Assembly: GCA_030390025.1 (NCBI GenBank)
Contig: CM059431.1
Location: forward strand, 96,412,001-96,476,000
DNA from: Squalus acanthias
Taxonomy: Eukaryota
Reading direction: 5' to 3'
Length of the DNA stretch: 64,000 bases
Of this stretch, positions 11,440-26,400 are shown piece by piece (position 1 is the stretch's first letter; the number at the start of each line of letters is the position of its first letter). The notes under the pieces are model-generated. The model ran no database searches, was not told the origin of the DNA, and worked only from the letters and a program-made list of their open reading frames with translations. The position numbers were made by a program, and so were the translations under genes.

Positions 11440-14400
11440 CAATGCTCAGTTTCCAATTCGCTCCGTTCCAATTCAATCCAAGGCTCAGTTTCCAAATCGT
11501 TCCATTCCAATTCAATCCAATTAACAATTTCCACTTCGTTTCTTTCCACCTGAATCCAATACTCAGTTTCCAATTCTTTAAATTCCAATGCAATACAATA
11601 CTCAGTTTCCACTAAGTTCCAGTCCAACTCAATCCAATATTGAGTTTCCAAACCGTTCAGGTCCACTACAATCCCAGTCTCAGTTTCTAATTCGATCCAT
11701 TGCAATTCAATCCATACCTAGTTTCCAATTCGTTCCATTCTAATTCAATCCAAGACTCAGTTTCAAAATAGTTCCAGTCCACGTCAATCCAATACTCAGT
11801 TACTAATTCGTTCCATTCCATTTCAATCCAAAAGTCTGATCCAATTTGTTCCAGTCCAATTCAAGCCAATACTCAGTTTGAAGTTCGTTCCATTCCAATT
11901 CAATCCAAAATTCAGTTTCTAATCCGTTCCAGTCCACTTCAATCCAATACTCAGTTACTAATCCGTTCCATTCCAATTCAATCCAATACTCAATTTCCAA
12001 TTCGTTGCAATCCACTTCAAACCAATACTTATTTTTGAATTCTTCCCATTCCATTTCCATCCAATAGTCAGTTTCCACTTCATCCCACTCCAATTCAATC
12101 GAATGCTCAGTTTCCAATTTGTTCCATTCCAATTCAACCCAATACTCCGTTTCAAATTCGTTCCATTCCAATTCAATTCAATGAACATTTGCCGATTCGT
12201 TCCATTAATATTCAATCCAATGAACAGTTTCCGATTCTTTCCATTCCAATTCAGTCCAATGAACAGTTTCCAATTCGTTCTATTCCAATTCAATCCAATG
12301 AAAAGTTTCCAATTTTTTCCATTCCAATTCAATCCAATGAACAGTTTACAATCCGTTCAATTCCAATTCAATCCAATTGAAAGTTTCCAATTCTTTCCAT
12401 TCCAATTCAAGCAAATGAAAAGTTGCCAATTCGTTCCATTCCAATTTAATCCAATGAACAGTTTCCAATTCGTTCCATTCAAATTCAAACCAATGAACAG
12501 TTTCCAATTCGTCCCATTCCTATTCAATCCAATGAACAGTTTCCAAATCATTCCATTCCAATTCAATCCAATGAACAGTTTCCATTTCGTTCCATTACAA
12601 ATCAATCCAATGAACAGTTTCCAATTCGTTCAATTCCAATTCAATCCAATGAACAGTTTCCAATTCGTTCCATTCCAATTCAATCCAATGAACAGTTTAC
12701 AATCCGTTCAATTGCAATTCAATCCAATTAAAAGTTTCCAATTCTTTCCATTCCAATTCAAGCAAATGAAAAGTTGCCAATTCGTTCCATTCCAATTTAA
12801 TCCAATGAACAGTTTCCAATTTGTTCCATTCAAATTCAAACCAATGAACAGTTTCTAATTTGTTCCATTCAAATTCAGTCCAATGAACAGTTTCCAATTC
12901 TTTCCATTCCAATTCAATCCAATGAACAGTTTACAATCCGTTCAATTGCAATTCAATCCAATTAAAAGTTTCCAATTCTTTCCATTCCAATTCAAGCAAA
13001 TGAAAAGTTGCCAATTCGTTCCATTCCAATTTAATCCAATGAACAGTTTCCAATTTGTTCCATTCAAATTCAAACCAATGAACAGTTTCTAATTTGTTCC
13101 ATTCCAATTCAATACAATGAACAGTTTCCATTTCGTTCCATTCCAAATCAATCCAATGAACAGTTTCCAATTCGTTCCATTCCAATTCAATCCAAATATC
13201 TCAGTTTCCAATTCGTTCCATTCCAATTCTAACCAATACTCAGTTTACAATTCGTTCCATTCTAATTCAATCCAATACTCAGTTTCCAATTCGTTCCATT
13301 CCAATTCAATCCAATATTCAGTTTCCAATTTGTTCCATTCAAATTCAGTCCAATGAAGAGTATCGAATTCGTTCCATTCCAATTCAATCAAATGAACAGT
13401 TTCCAATTCGTTCCATTCCTGTTCAATCCAATGAACAATTTCCAATTCGTTCCATTCCAATTCAATCCAATCAACAGCTTCCAATTCATTCCATTCCAAT
13501 TCAATCCAATGAACAAGTTCCAATTCATTCCATTCCATTTCAATCCAATGCTCACTTTCCAATTCGCTCCATTCCAATTCAATCCAAGGCTCAGTTTCCA
13601 AATCGTTCCATTCCAATTCAATCCAATGAACAATTTCCAATTCGTTTCTTTCCACCTGAATCCAATACTCAGTTTCCAATTCTTTAAATTCCAATGCAAT
13701 ACAATACTCAGTTTCCACTAAGTTCCAGTCCAACTCAATCCAATATTGAGTTTCCAAACCGTTCAGGTCCACTACAATCCCAGTCTCAATTTCTAATTCG
13801 ATCCATTGCAATTCAATCCATACTCAGTTTCCAATTCGTTCCATTCCAATTCAATCCAAGACTCAGTTTCAAAATAGTTCCAGTCCACGTCAATCCAATA
13901 CTCAGTTTCTAATTCGTTCCATTCCATTTCAATCCAAAAGTCTGATCCAATTTGTTCCAGTCCAATTCAAGCCAATACTCAGTTTCAAGTTCGTTCCATT
14001 CCAATTCAATCCAATACTCAATTTCCAATTCGTTCCAGTCCACTTCAATCCAATACTCAGTTTCTAATCCGTTCCATTCCAATTCAATCCAATACTCAAT
14101 TTCCAATTCGTTGCAATCCACTTCAAACCAATACTTATTTTTGAATTCTTCCCATTCCATTTCCATCCAATAGTCAGTTTCCACTTCATCCCACTCCAAT
14201 TCAATCGAATACTCAGTTTCCAATTCTTTCCATTCCAATTCAGTCCAATGAACAGTTTCCAATTCGTTCCATTCCAATTCAATCCAATGAAAAGTTTCCA
14301 ATTTTTTCCATTCCAATTCAATCCAATGAACAGTTTACAATCCGTTCAATTCCAATTCAATCCAATTAAAAGTATCCAATTCTTTCCATTCCAATTCAAG

Positions 14401-17400
14401 CAAATGAAAAGTTGCCAATTCGTTCCATTCCAATTTAATCCAATGAACAGTTTCCAATTCGTTCCATTCAAATTCAAACCAATGAACAGTTTCCAATTCG
14501 TCCCATTCCTATTCAATCCAATGAATAGTTTCCAATTCGTTCCATTCCAATTCAATCCAATGAACAGTTTCCATTTCGTTCCATTACAGATCAATCCAAT
14601 GAACAGTTTCCAATTCGTTCAATTCCAAATCAATCCAATGAACAGTTTCCAATTCGTTCCATTCCAATTCAATCCAATGAACATTTTCCATTTTGTTCCA
14701 TTCCAATTCAATCCAATACTCAGATTCCAATTCGTTCCATTCCAATTTAATCCAAATATCTCAGTTTCCAATTTGTTCCATTCCAATTCAACCCAATACT
14801 CCGATTCAAATTCGTTCCATTCCAATTCAATCCAATGAACAGTTTCCAATTTGTTCCATTCAAATTCAGTCCAATGAACAGTTTCCAATTCTTTCCATTC
14901 CAATTCAATCCAATGAACAGTTTACAATCCGTTCAATTGCAATTCAATCCAATTAAAAGTTTCCAATTCTTTCCATTCCAATTCAAGCAAATGAAAAGTT
15001 GCCAATTCGTTCCATTCCAATTTAATCCAATGAACAGTTTCCAATTTGTTCCATTCAAATTCAAACCAATGAACAGTTTCTAATTTGTTCCATTCCAATT
15101 CAATACAATGAACAGTTTCCATTTCATTCCATTCCAAATCAATCCAATGAACAGTTTCCAATTCGTTCCATTCCAATTCAATCCAAATATCTCAGTTTCC
15201 AATTCGTTCCATTCCAATTCCAACCAATACTCAGTTTACAATTCGTTCCATTCTAATTCAATCCAATACTCAGTTTCCAATTCGTTCCATTCCAATTCAA
15301 TCCAATATTCAGTTTCCAATTCGTTCCATTCAAATTTAGTCCAATGAAGAGTATCGAATTCGTTCCATTCCAATTCAATCAAATAAATAGTTTCCAATTC
15401 GTTCCATTCCTGTTCAATCCAATGAACAATTTCCAATTCATTCCATTCCAATTCAATCCAATCAACAGCTTCCAATTCATTCCATTCCAATTCAATCCAA
15501 TGAACAAGTTCCAATTCATTCCATTCCATTTCAATCCAATGCTCACTTTCCAATTCACTCCATTCCAATTCAATCCAAGGCTCAGTTTCCAAATCGTTCC
15601 ATTCCAATTCAATCCAATTAACAATTTCCAATTCGTTTCTTTCCACCTGAATCCAATACTCAGTTTCCAATTCTTTAAATTCCAATGCAATACAATACTC
15701 AGTTTCCACTAAGTTCCAGTCCAACTCAATCCAATATTGAGTTTCCAAACCGTTCAGGTCCACTACAATCCCAGTCTCAATTTCTAATTCGATCCATTGC
15801 AATTCAATCCATACTCAGTTTCCAATTCGTTCCATTCTAATTCAATCCAAGACTCAGTTTCAAAATAGTTCCAGTCCACGTCAATCCAATACTCAGTTTC
15901 TAATTCGTTCCATTCCATTTCAATCCAAAAGTCTGATCCAATTTGTTCCAGTCCAATTCAAGCCAATACTCAGTTTCAAGTTCGTTCCATTCCAATTCAA
16001 TCCAAAATTCAGTTTCTAATCCGTTCCAGTCCACTTCAATCCGATACTCAGTTTCTAATCCGTTCCATTCCAATTCAATCCAATACTCAATTTCCAATTC
16101 GTTGCAATCCACTTCAAACCAATACTTATTTTTGAATTCTTCCCATTCCATTTCCATCCAATAGTCAGTTTCCACTTCATCCCACTCCAATTCAATCGAA
16201 TACTCAGTTTCCAATTCTTTCCATTCCAATTCAGTCCAATGAACAGTTTCCAATTTTTTCCATTCCAATTCAATCCAATGAACAGTTTACAATCCGTTCA
16301 ATTCCAATTCAATCCAATTAAAAGTTTCCAATTCTTTCCATTCCAATTCAAGCAAATGAAAAGTTGCCAATTCGTTCCATTCCAATTTAATCCAATGAAC
16401 AGTTTCCAATTTGTTCCATTCAAATTCAAACCAATGAACAGTTTCCAATTCGTCCCATTCCTATTCAATCCAATGAACAGTTTCCAATTCGTTCCATTCC
16501 AATTCAATCCAATGAACAGTTTCCATTTCGTTCCATTTCAGATCAATCCAATGAACAGTTTCCAATTCGTTCAATTCCAAATCAATCCAATGAACAGTTT
16601 CCAATTCGTTCCATTCCAATTCAATCCAATGAACATTTTCCATTTTGTTCCATTCCAATTCAATCCAATACTCAGATTCCAATTCGTTCCAATCCAATTC
16701 AATCCAAATATCTCAGTTTCCAATTTGTTCCATTCCAATTCAACCCAATACTCCGTTTCAAATTCGTTCCATTCCAATTCAATCCAATGAACAGTTTCCA
16801 ATTTGTTCCATTCAAATTCAGTCCAATGAACAGTTTCCAATTCTTTCCATTCCAAATCAGTCCAATGAACAGTTTCCAATTCGTTCCATTCCAATTCAAT
16901 CCAATGAACAGTTTACAATCCGTTGAATTCCAATTCAATCCAATTAAAAGTTTCCAATTCTTTCCATTCCAATTCAAGCAAATGAAAAGTTGCCAATTCG
17001 TTCCATTCCAATTTAATCCAATGAACAGTTTCCAATTTGTTCCATTCAAATTCAAACCAATGAACAGTTTCCAATTCGCTCCATTCCTATTCAATCCAAT
17101 GAACAGTTTCCATTTCATTGCATTCCACTTCAATTCTATGAACAGTTTCCAATTCGTTCCATTCCAATTCAATCCAAAGAACGGATTCCAATTCATTCCT
17201 TTCCAATTCAAACCAATACTCAGTTTCCAAATCATTCCAGTCCAATTCAATCCAATGAACAGTTTCCAATTTGTTCCATTACAAATCAATCCAGTGAACA
17301 GTTTCCAATTCGTTCCATTCCAATCCAATCCAATGAACAGATTCCAATTCCTTCCATTCCAATTCAATCCAATGAACAGTTTCCAAATCGTTCCATTCCA

Positions 17401-20400
17401 ATTCAATACAATGAACAGTTTCCATTTCGTTCCATTCCAAATCAATCCAATGAACAGTTTCCAATTCGTTCCATTCCAATTCAATCCAATACTCAGATTC
17501 CAATTCGTTCCATTCCAATTCAATCCAAATATCTCAGTTTCCAATTCGTTCCATTCCAATTACAACCAATACTCAGTTTACAATTCGTTCCATTCTAATT
17601 CAATCCAATACTCAGTTTACAATTCGTTCCATTCCAATTCAATCCAATATTCAGTTTCCAATTCATTCCATTCAAATTCAGTCCAATGAAGAGTATCGAA
17701 TTCGTTCCATTCCAATTCAATCAAATAAACAGTTTCCAATTCGTTCCATTCCTGTTCAATCCAATGAACAATTTCCAATTCGTTCCATTCCAATTCAATC
17801 CAAGGAACAAGTTCCAATTCATTCCATTCCATTTCAATCCAATGCTCACTTTCCAATTCGCTCTGTTCCAATTCAATCCAAGGCTCAGTTTCCAAATCGT
17901 TCCATTCCAATTCAATCCAATGAACAATTTCCAATTCGTTTCTTTCCACCTGAATCCAATACTCAGTTTCCAATTCTTTAAATTCCAATGCAATACAATA
18001 CTCAGTTTCCACTAAGTTCCAGTCCAACTCAATCCAATATTGAGTTTCCAAACCGTTCAGGTCCAATACAATCCCAGTCTCAGTTTCTAATCCGATCCAT
18101 TGCAATTCAATCCATACTCAGTTTCCAATTCGTTCCATTCTAATTCAATCCAAGACTCAGTTTCAAAATAGTTCTAGTCCACGTCAATCCAATGCTCAGT
18201 TTCCAATTCGCTCCGTTCCAATTCAATCCAAGGCTCAGTTTCCAAATCGTTCCATTCCAATTCAATCCAATTAACAATTTCCACTTCGTTTCTTTCCACC
18301 TGAATCCAATACTCAGTTTCCAATTCTTTAAATTCCAATGCAATACAATACTCAGTTTCCACTAAGTTCCAGTCCAACTCAATCCAATATTGAGTTTCCA
18401 AACCGTTCAGGTCCACTACAATCCCAGTCTCAGTTTCTAATTCGATCCATTGCAATTCAATCCATACCTAGTTTCCAATTCGTTCCATTCTAATTCAATC
18501 CAAGACTCAGTTTCAAAATAGTTCCAGTCCACGTCAATCCAATACTCAGTTACTAATTCGTTCCATTCCATTTCAATCCAAAAGTCTGATCCAATTTGTT
18601 CCAGTCCAATTCAAGCCAATACTCAGTTTGAAGTTCGTTCCATTCCAATTCAATCCAAAATTCAGTTTCTAATCCGTTCCAGTCCACTTCAATCCAATAC
18701 TCAGTTACTAATCCGTTCCATTCCAATTCAATCCAATACTCAATTTCCAATTCGTTGCAATCCACTTCAAACCAATACTTATTTTTGAATTCTTCCCATT
18801 CCATTTCCATCCAATAGTTAGTTTCCACTTCATCCCACTCCAATTCAATCGAATGCTCAGTTTCCAATTTGTTCCATTCCAATTCAACCCAATACTCCGT
18901 TTCAAATTCGTTCCATTCCAATTCAATTCAATGAACATTTGCCGATTCGTTCCATTAATATTCAATCCAATGAACAGTTTCCGATTCTTTCCATTCCAAT
19001 TCAGTCCAATGAACAGTTTCCAATTCGTTCTATTCCAATTCAATCCAATGAAAAGTTTCCAATTTTTTCCATTCCAATTCAATCCAATGAACAGTTTACA
19101 ATCCGTTCAATTCCAATTCAATCCAATTGAAAGTTTCCAATTCTTTCCATTCCAATTCAAGCAAATGAAAAGTTGCCAATTCGTTCCATTCCAATTTAAT
19201 CCAATGAACAGTTTCCAATTCGTTCCATTCAAATTCAAACCAATGAACAGTTTCCAATTCGTCCCATTCCTATTCAATCCAATGAACAGTTTCCAAATCA
19301 TTCCATTCCAATTCAATCCAATGAACAGTTTCCATTTCGTTCCATTACAAATCAATCCAATGAACAGTTTCCAATTCGTTCAATTCCAAATCAATCCAAT
19401 GAACAGTTTCCAATTCGTTCCATTCCAATTCAATCCAATGAACATTTTCCATTTTGTTCCATTCCAATTCAATCCAATACTCAGATTCCAATTCGTTCCA
19501 TTCCAATTTAATCCAAATATCTCAGTTTCCAATTTGTTCCATTCCAATTCAACCCAATACTCCGTTTCAAATTCGTTCCATTCCAATTCAATCCAATGAA
19601 CAGTTTCCAATTTGTTCCATTCAAATTCAGTCCAATGAACAGTTTCCAATTCTTTCCATTCCAATTCAATCCAATGAACAGTTTACAATCCGTTCAATTG
19701 CAATTCAATCCAATTAAAAGTTTCCAATTCTTTCCATTCCAATTCAAGCAAATGAAAAGTTGCCAATTCGTTCCATTCCAATTTAATCCAATGAACAGTT
19801 TCCAATTTGTTCCATTCAAATTCAAACCAATGAACAGTTTCTAATTTGTTCCATTCCAATTCAATACAATGAACAGTTTCCATTTCGTTCCATTCCAAAT
19901 CAATCCAATGAACAGTTTCCAATTCGTTCCATTCCAATTCAATCCAAATATCTCAGTTTCCAATTCGTTCCATTCCAATTCTAACCAATACTCAGTTTAC
20001 AATTCGTTCCATTCTAATTCAATCCAATACTCAGTTTCCAATTCGTTCCATTCCAATTCAATCCAATGAACAGTTTCCAATTTGTTCCATTCAAATTCAA
20101 ACCAATGAACAGTTTCTAATTTGTTCCATTCCAATTCAATACAATGAACAGTTTCCATTTCGTTCCATTCCAAATCAATCCAATGAACAGTTTCCAATTC
20201 GTTCCATTCCAATTCAATCCAATCAACAGCTTCCAATTCATTCCATTCCAATTCAATCCAATGAACAAGTTCCAATTCATTCCATTCCATTTCAATCCAA
20301 TGCTCACTTTCCAATTCGCTCCATTCCAATTCAATCCAAGGCTCAGTTTCCAAATCGTTCCATTCCAATTCAATCCAATGAACAATTTCCAATTCGTTTC

Positions 20401-23400
20401 TTTCCACCTGAATCCAATACTCAGTTTCCAATTCTTTAAATTCCAATGCAATACAATACTCAGTTTCCACTAAGTTCCAGTCCAACTCAATCCAATATTG
20501 AGTTTCCAAACCGTTCAGGTCCACTACAATCCCAGTCTCAATTTCTAATTCGATCCATTGCAATTCAATCCATACTCAGTTTCCAATTCGTTCCATTCTA
20601 ATTCAATCCAAGACTCAGTTTCAAAATAGTTCCAGTCCACGTCAATCCAATACTCAGTTTCTAATTCGTTCCATTCCATTTCAATCCAAAAGTCTGATCC
20701 AATTTGTTCCAGTCCAATTCAAGCCAATACTCAGTTTCAAGTTCGTTCCATTCCAATTCAATCCAATACTCAATTCCAATTCGTTCCAGTCCACTTCAAT
20801 CCAATACTCAGTTTCTAATCCGTTCCATTCCAATTCAATCCAATACTCAATTTCCAATTCGTTGCAATCCACTTCAAACCAATACTTATTTTTGAATTCT
20901 TCCCATTCCATTTCCATCCAATAGTCAGTTTCCACTTCATCCCACTCCAATTCAATCGAATACTCAGTTTCCAATTCTTTCCATTCCAATTCAGTCCAAT
21001 GAACAGTTTCCAATTCGTTCCATTCCAATTCAATCCAATGAAAAGTTTCCAATTTTTTCCATTCCAATTCAATCCAATGAACAGTTTACAATCCGTTGAA
21101 TTCCAATTCAATCCAATTAAAAGTATCCAATTCTTTCCATTCCAATTCAAGCAAATGAAAAGTTGCCAATTCGTTCCATTCCAATTTAATCCAATGAACA
21201 GTTTCCAATTCGTTCCATTCAAATTCAAACCAATGAACAGTTTCCAATTCGTCCCATTCCTATTCAATCCAATGAATAGTTTCCAATTCGTTCCATTCCA
21301 ATTCAATCCAATGAACAGTTTCCATTTCGTTCCATTACAGATCAATCCAATGAACAGTTTCCAATTCGTTCAATTCCAAATCAATCCAATGAACAGTTTC
21401 CAATTCGTTCCATTCCAATTCAATCCAATGAACATTTTCCATTTTGTTCCATTCCAATTCAATCCAATACTCAGATTCCAATTCGTTCCATTCCAATTTA
21501 ATCCAAATATCTCAGTTTCCAATTTATTCCATTCCAATTCAACCCAATACTCCGTTTCAAATTCGTTCCATTCCAATTCAATCCAATGAACAGTTTCCAA
21601 TTTGTTCCATTCAAATTCAGTCCAATGAACAGTTTCCAATTCTTTCCATTCCAATTCAATCCAATGAACAGTTTACATTCCGTTCAATTGCAATTCAATC
21701 CAATTAAAAGTTTCCAATTCTTTCCATTCCAATTCAAGCAAATGAAAAGTTGCCAATTCGTTCCATTCCAATTTAATCCAATGAACAGTTTCCAATTTGT
21801 TCCATTCAAATTCAAACCAATGAACAGTTTCTAATTTGTTCCATTCCAATTCAATACAATGAACAGTTTCCATTTCATTCCATTCCAAATCAATCCAATG
21901 AACAGTTTCCAATTCGTTCCATTCCAATTCAATCCAAATATCTCAGTTTCCAATTCGTTCCATTCCAATTCCAACCAATACTCAGTTTACAATTCGTTCC
22001 ATTCTAATTCAATCCAATACTCAGTTTCCAATTCGTTCCATTCCAATTCAATCCAATATTCAGTTTCCAATTCGTTCCATTCAAATTTAGTCCAATGAAG
22101 AGTATCGAATTCGTTCCATTCCAATTCAATCAAATAAACAGTTTCCAATTCGTTCCATTCCTGTTCAATCCAATGAACAATTTCCAATTCATTCCATTCC
22201 AATTCAATCCAATCAACAGCTTCCAATTCATTCCATTCCAATTCAATCCAATGAACAAGTTCCAATTCATTCCATTCCATTTCAATCCAATGCTCACTTT
22301 CCAATTCACTCCATTCCAATTCAATCCAAGGCTCAGTTTCCAAATCGTTCCATTCCAATTCAATCCAATTAACAATTTCCAATTCGTTTCTTTCCACCTG
22401 AATCCAATACTCAGTTTCCAATTCTTTAAATTCCAATGCAATACAATACTCAGTTTCCACTAAGTTCCAGTCCAACTCAATCCAATCTTGAGTTTCCAAA
22501 CCGTTCAGGTCCACTACAATCCCAGTCTCAATTTCTAATTCGATCCATTGCAATTCAATCCATACTCAGTTTCCAATTCGTTCCATTCTAATTCAATCCA
22601 AGACTCAGTTTCAAAATAGTTCCAGTCCACGTCAATCCAATACTCAGTTTCTAATTCGTTCCATTCCATTTCAATCCAAAAGTCTGATCCAATTTGTTCC
22701 AGTCCAATTCAAGCCAATACTCAGTTTCAAGTTCGTTCCATTCCAATTCAATCCAAAATTCAGTTTCTAATCCGTTCCAGTCCACTTCAATCCAATACTC
22801 AGTTTCTAATCCGTTCCATTCCAATTCAATCCAATACTCAATTTCCAATTCGTTGCAATCCACTTCAAACCAATACTTATTTTTGAATTCTTCCCATTCC
22901 ATTTCCATCCAATAGTCAGTTTCCACTTCATCCCACTCCAATTCAATCGAATACTCAGTTTCCAATTCTTTCCATTCCAATTCAGTCCAATGAACAGTTT
23001 CCAATTTTTTCCATTCCAATTCAATCCAATGAACAGTTTACAATCCGTTCAATTCCAATTCAATCCAATTAAAAGTTTCCAATTCTTTCCATTCCAATTC
23101 AAGCAAATGAAAAGTTGCCAATTCGTTCCATTCCAATTTAATCCAATGAACAGTTTCCAATTTGTTCCATTCAAATTCAAACCAATGAACAGTTTCCAAT
23201 TCGTCCCATTCCTATTCAATCCAATGAACAGTTTCCAATTCGTTCCATTCCAATTCAATCCAATGAACAGTTTCCATTTCGTTCCATTTCAGATCAATCC
23301 AATGAACAGTTTCCAATTCGTTCAATTCCAAATCAATCCAATGAACAGTTTCCAATTCGTTCCATTCCAATTCAATCCAATGAACATTTTCCATTTTGTT

Positions 23401-26400
23401 CCATTCCAATTCAATCCAATACTCAGATTCCAATTCGTTCCAATCCAATTCAATCCAAATATCTCAGTTTCCAATTTGTTCCATTCCAATTCAACCCAAT
23501 ACTCCGTTTCAAATTCGTTCCATTCCAATTCAATCCAATGAACAGTTTCCAATTTGTTCCATTCAAATTCAGTCCAATGAACAGTTTCCAATTCTTTCCA
23601 TTCCAAATCAGTCCAATGAACAGTTTCCAATTCGTTCCATTCCAATTCAATCCAATGAACAGTTTACAATCCGTTGAATTCCAATTCAATCCAATTAAAA
23701 GTTTCCAATTCTTTCCATTCCAATTCAAGCAAATGAAAAGTTGCCAATTCGTTCCATTCCAATTTAATCCAATGAACAGTTTCCAATTTGTTCCATTCAA
23801 ATTCAAACCAATGAACAGTTTCCAATTCGCTCCATTCCTATTCAATCCAATGAACAGTTTCCATTTCATTGCATTCCACTTCAATTCTATGAACAGTTTC
23901 CAATTCGTTCCATTCCAATTCAATCCAAAGAACGGATTCCAATTCATTCCTTTCCAATTCAAACCAATACTCAGTTTCCAAATCATTCCAGTCCAATTCA
24001 ATCCAATGAACAGTTTCCAATTTGTTCCATTACAAATCAATCCAGTGAACAGTTTCCAATTCGTTCCATTCCAATCCAATCCAATGAACAGATTCCAATT
24101 CCTTCCATTCCAATTCAATCCAATGAACAGTTTCCAAATCGTTCCATTCCAATTCAATACAATGAACAGTTTCCATTTCGTTCCATTCCAAATCAATCCA
24201 ATGAACAGTTTCCAATTCGTTCCATTCCAATTCAATCCAATACTCAGATTCCAATTCGTTCCATTCCAATTCAATCCAAATATCTCAGTTTCCAATTCGT
24301 TCCATTCCAATTACAACCAATACTCAGTTTACAATTCGTTCCATTCTAATTCAATCCAATACTCAGTTTACAATTCGTTCCATTCCAATTCAATCCAATA
24401 TTCAGTTTCCAATTCATTCCATTCAAATTCAGTCCAATGAAGAGTATCGAATTCGTTCCATTCCAATTCAATCAAATAAACAGTTTCCAATTCGTTCCAT
24501 TCCTGTTCAATCCAATGAACAATTTCCAATTCGTTCCATTCCAATTCAATCCAAGGAACAAGTTCCAATTCATTCCATTCCATTTCAATCCAATGCTCAC
24601 TTTCCAATTCGCTCTGTTCCAATTCAATCCAAGGCTCAGTTTCCAAATCGTTCCATTCCAATTCAATCCAATGAACAATTTCCAATTCGTTTCTTTCCAC
24701 CTGAATCCAATACTCAGTTTCCAATTCTTTAAATTCCAATGCAATACAATACTCAGTTTCCACTAAGTTCCAGTCCAACTCAATCCAATATTGAGTTTCC
24801 AAACCGTTCAGGTCCAATACAATCCCAGTCTCAGTTTCTAATCCGATCCATTGCAATTCAATCCATACTCAGTTTCCAATTCGTTCCATTCTAATTCAAT
24901 CCAAGACTCAGTTTCAAAATAGTTCTAGTCCACGTCAATCCAATGCTCAGTTTCCAATTCGCTCCGTTCCAATTCAATCCAAGGCTCAGTTTTCAAATCG
25001 TTCCATTCCAATTCAATCCAATTAACAATTTCCACTTCGTTTCTTTCCACCTGAATCCAATACTCAGTTTCCAATTCTTTAAATTCCAATGCAATACAAT
25101 ACTCAGTTTCCACTAAGTTCCAGTCCAACTCAATCCAATATTGAGTTTCCAATTTATTCCATTCCAATTCAACCCAATACTCCGTTTCAAATTCGTTCCA
25201 TTCCAATTCAATCCAATGAACAGTTTCCAATTTGTTCCATTCAAATTCAGTCCAATGAACAGTTTCCAATTCTTTCCATTCCAATTCAATCCAATGAACA
25301 GTTTACATTCCGTTCAATTGCAATTCAATCCAATTAAAAGTTTCCAATTCTTTCCATTCCAATTCAAGCAAATGAAAAGTTGCCAATTCGTTCCATTCCA
25401 ATTTAATCCAATGAACAGTTTCCAATTTGTTCCATTCAAATTCAAACCAATGAACAGTTTCTAATTTGTTCCATTCCAATTCAATACAATGAACAGTTTC
25501 CATTTCATTCCATTCCAAATCAATCCAATGAACAGTTTCCAATTCGTTCCATTCCAATTCAATCCAAATATCTCAGTTTCCAATTCGTTCCATTCCAATT
25601 CCAACCAATACTCAGTTTACAATTCGTTCCATTCTAATTCAATCCAATACTCAGTTTCCAATTCGTTCCATTCCAATTCAATCCAATATTCAGTTTCCAA
25701 TTCGTTCCATTCAAATTTAGTCCAATGAAGAGTATCGAATTCGTTCCATTCCAATTCAATCAAATAAACAGTTTCCAATTCGTTCCATTCCTGTTCAATC
25801 CAATGAACAATTTCCAATTCATTCCATTCCAATTCAATCCAATCAACAGCTTCCAATTCATTCCATTCCAATTCAATCCAATGAACAAGTTCCAATTCAT
25901 TCCATTCCATTTCAATCCAATGCTCACTTTCCAATTCACTCCATTCCAATTCAATCCAAGGCTCAGTTTCCAAATCGTTCCATTCCAATTCAATCCAATT
26001 AACAATTTCCAATTCGTTTCTTTCCACCTGAATCCAATACTCAGTTTCCAATTCTTTAAATTCCAATGCAATACAATACTCAGTTTCCACTAAGTTCCAG
26101 TCCAACTCAATCCAATCTTGAGTTTCCAAACCGTTCAGGTCCACTACAATCCCAGTCTCAATTTCTAATTCGATCCATTGCAATTCAATCCATACTCAGT
26201 TTCCAATTCGTTCCATTCTAATTCAATCCAAGACTCAGTTTCAAAATAGTTCCAGTCCACGTCAATCCAATACTCAGTTTCTAATTCGTTCCATTCCATT
26301 TCAATCCAAAAGTCTGATCCAATTTGTTCCAGTCCAATTCAAGCCAATACTCAGTTTCAAGTTCGTTCCATTCCAATTCAATCCAAAATTCAGTTTCTAA

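Larger units (their letters stand above)
1..18193 (+). repeat. Tandem duplication with 9,871-9,872 bp period (ABCD super-unit); 1-8322 matches 9873-18193
   Basis: Near-identical ORFs are offset by 9872 (87/9959, 1168/11040), then by 9871 after a 1-bp A insertion at ~2621 (3374/13245, 6916/16787). Shared private variants include GTCCTTGAAGAGGATCG (1254/11126) and a 5-bp deletion (~1131/~11003). Confidence 0.93.
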
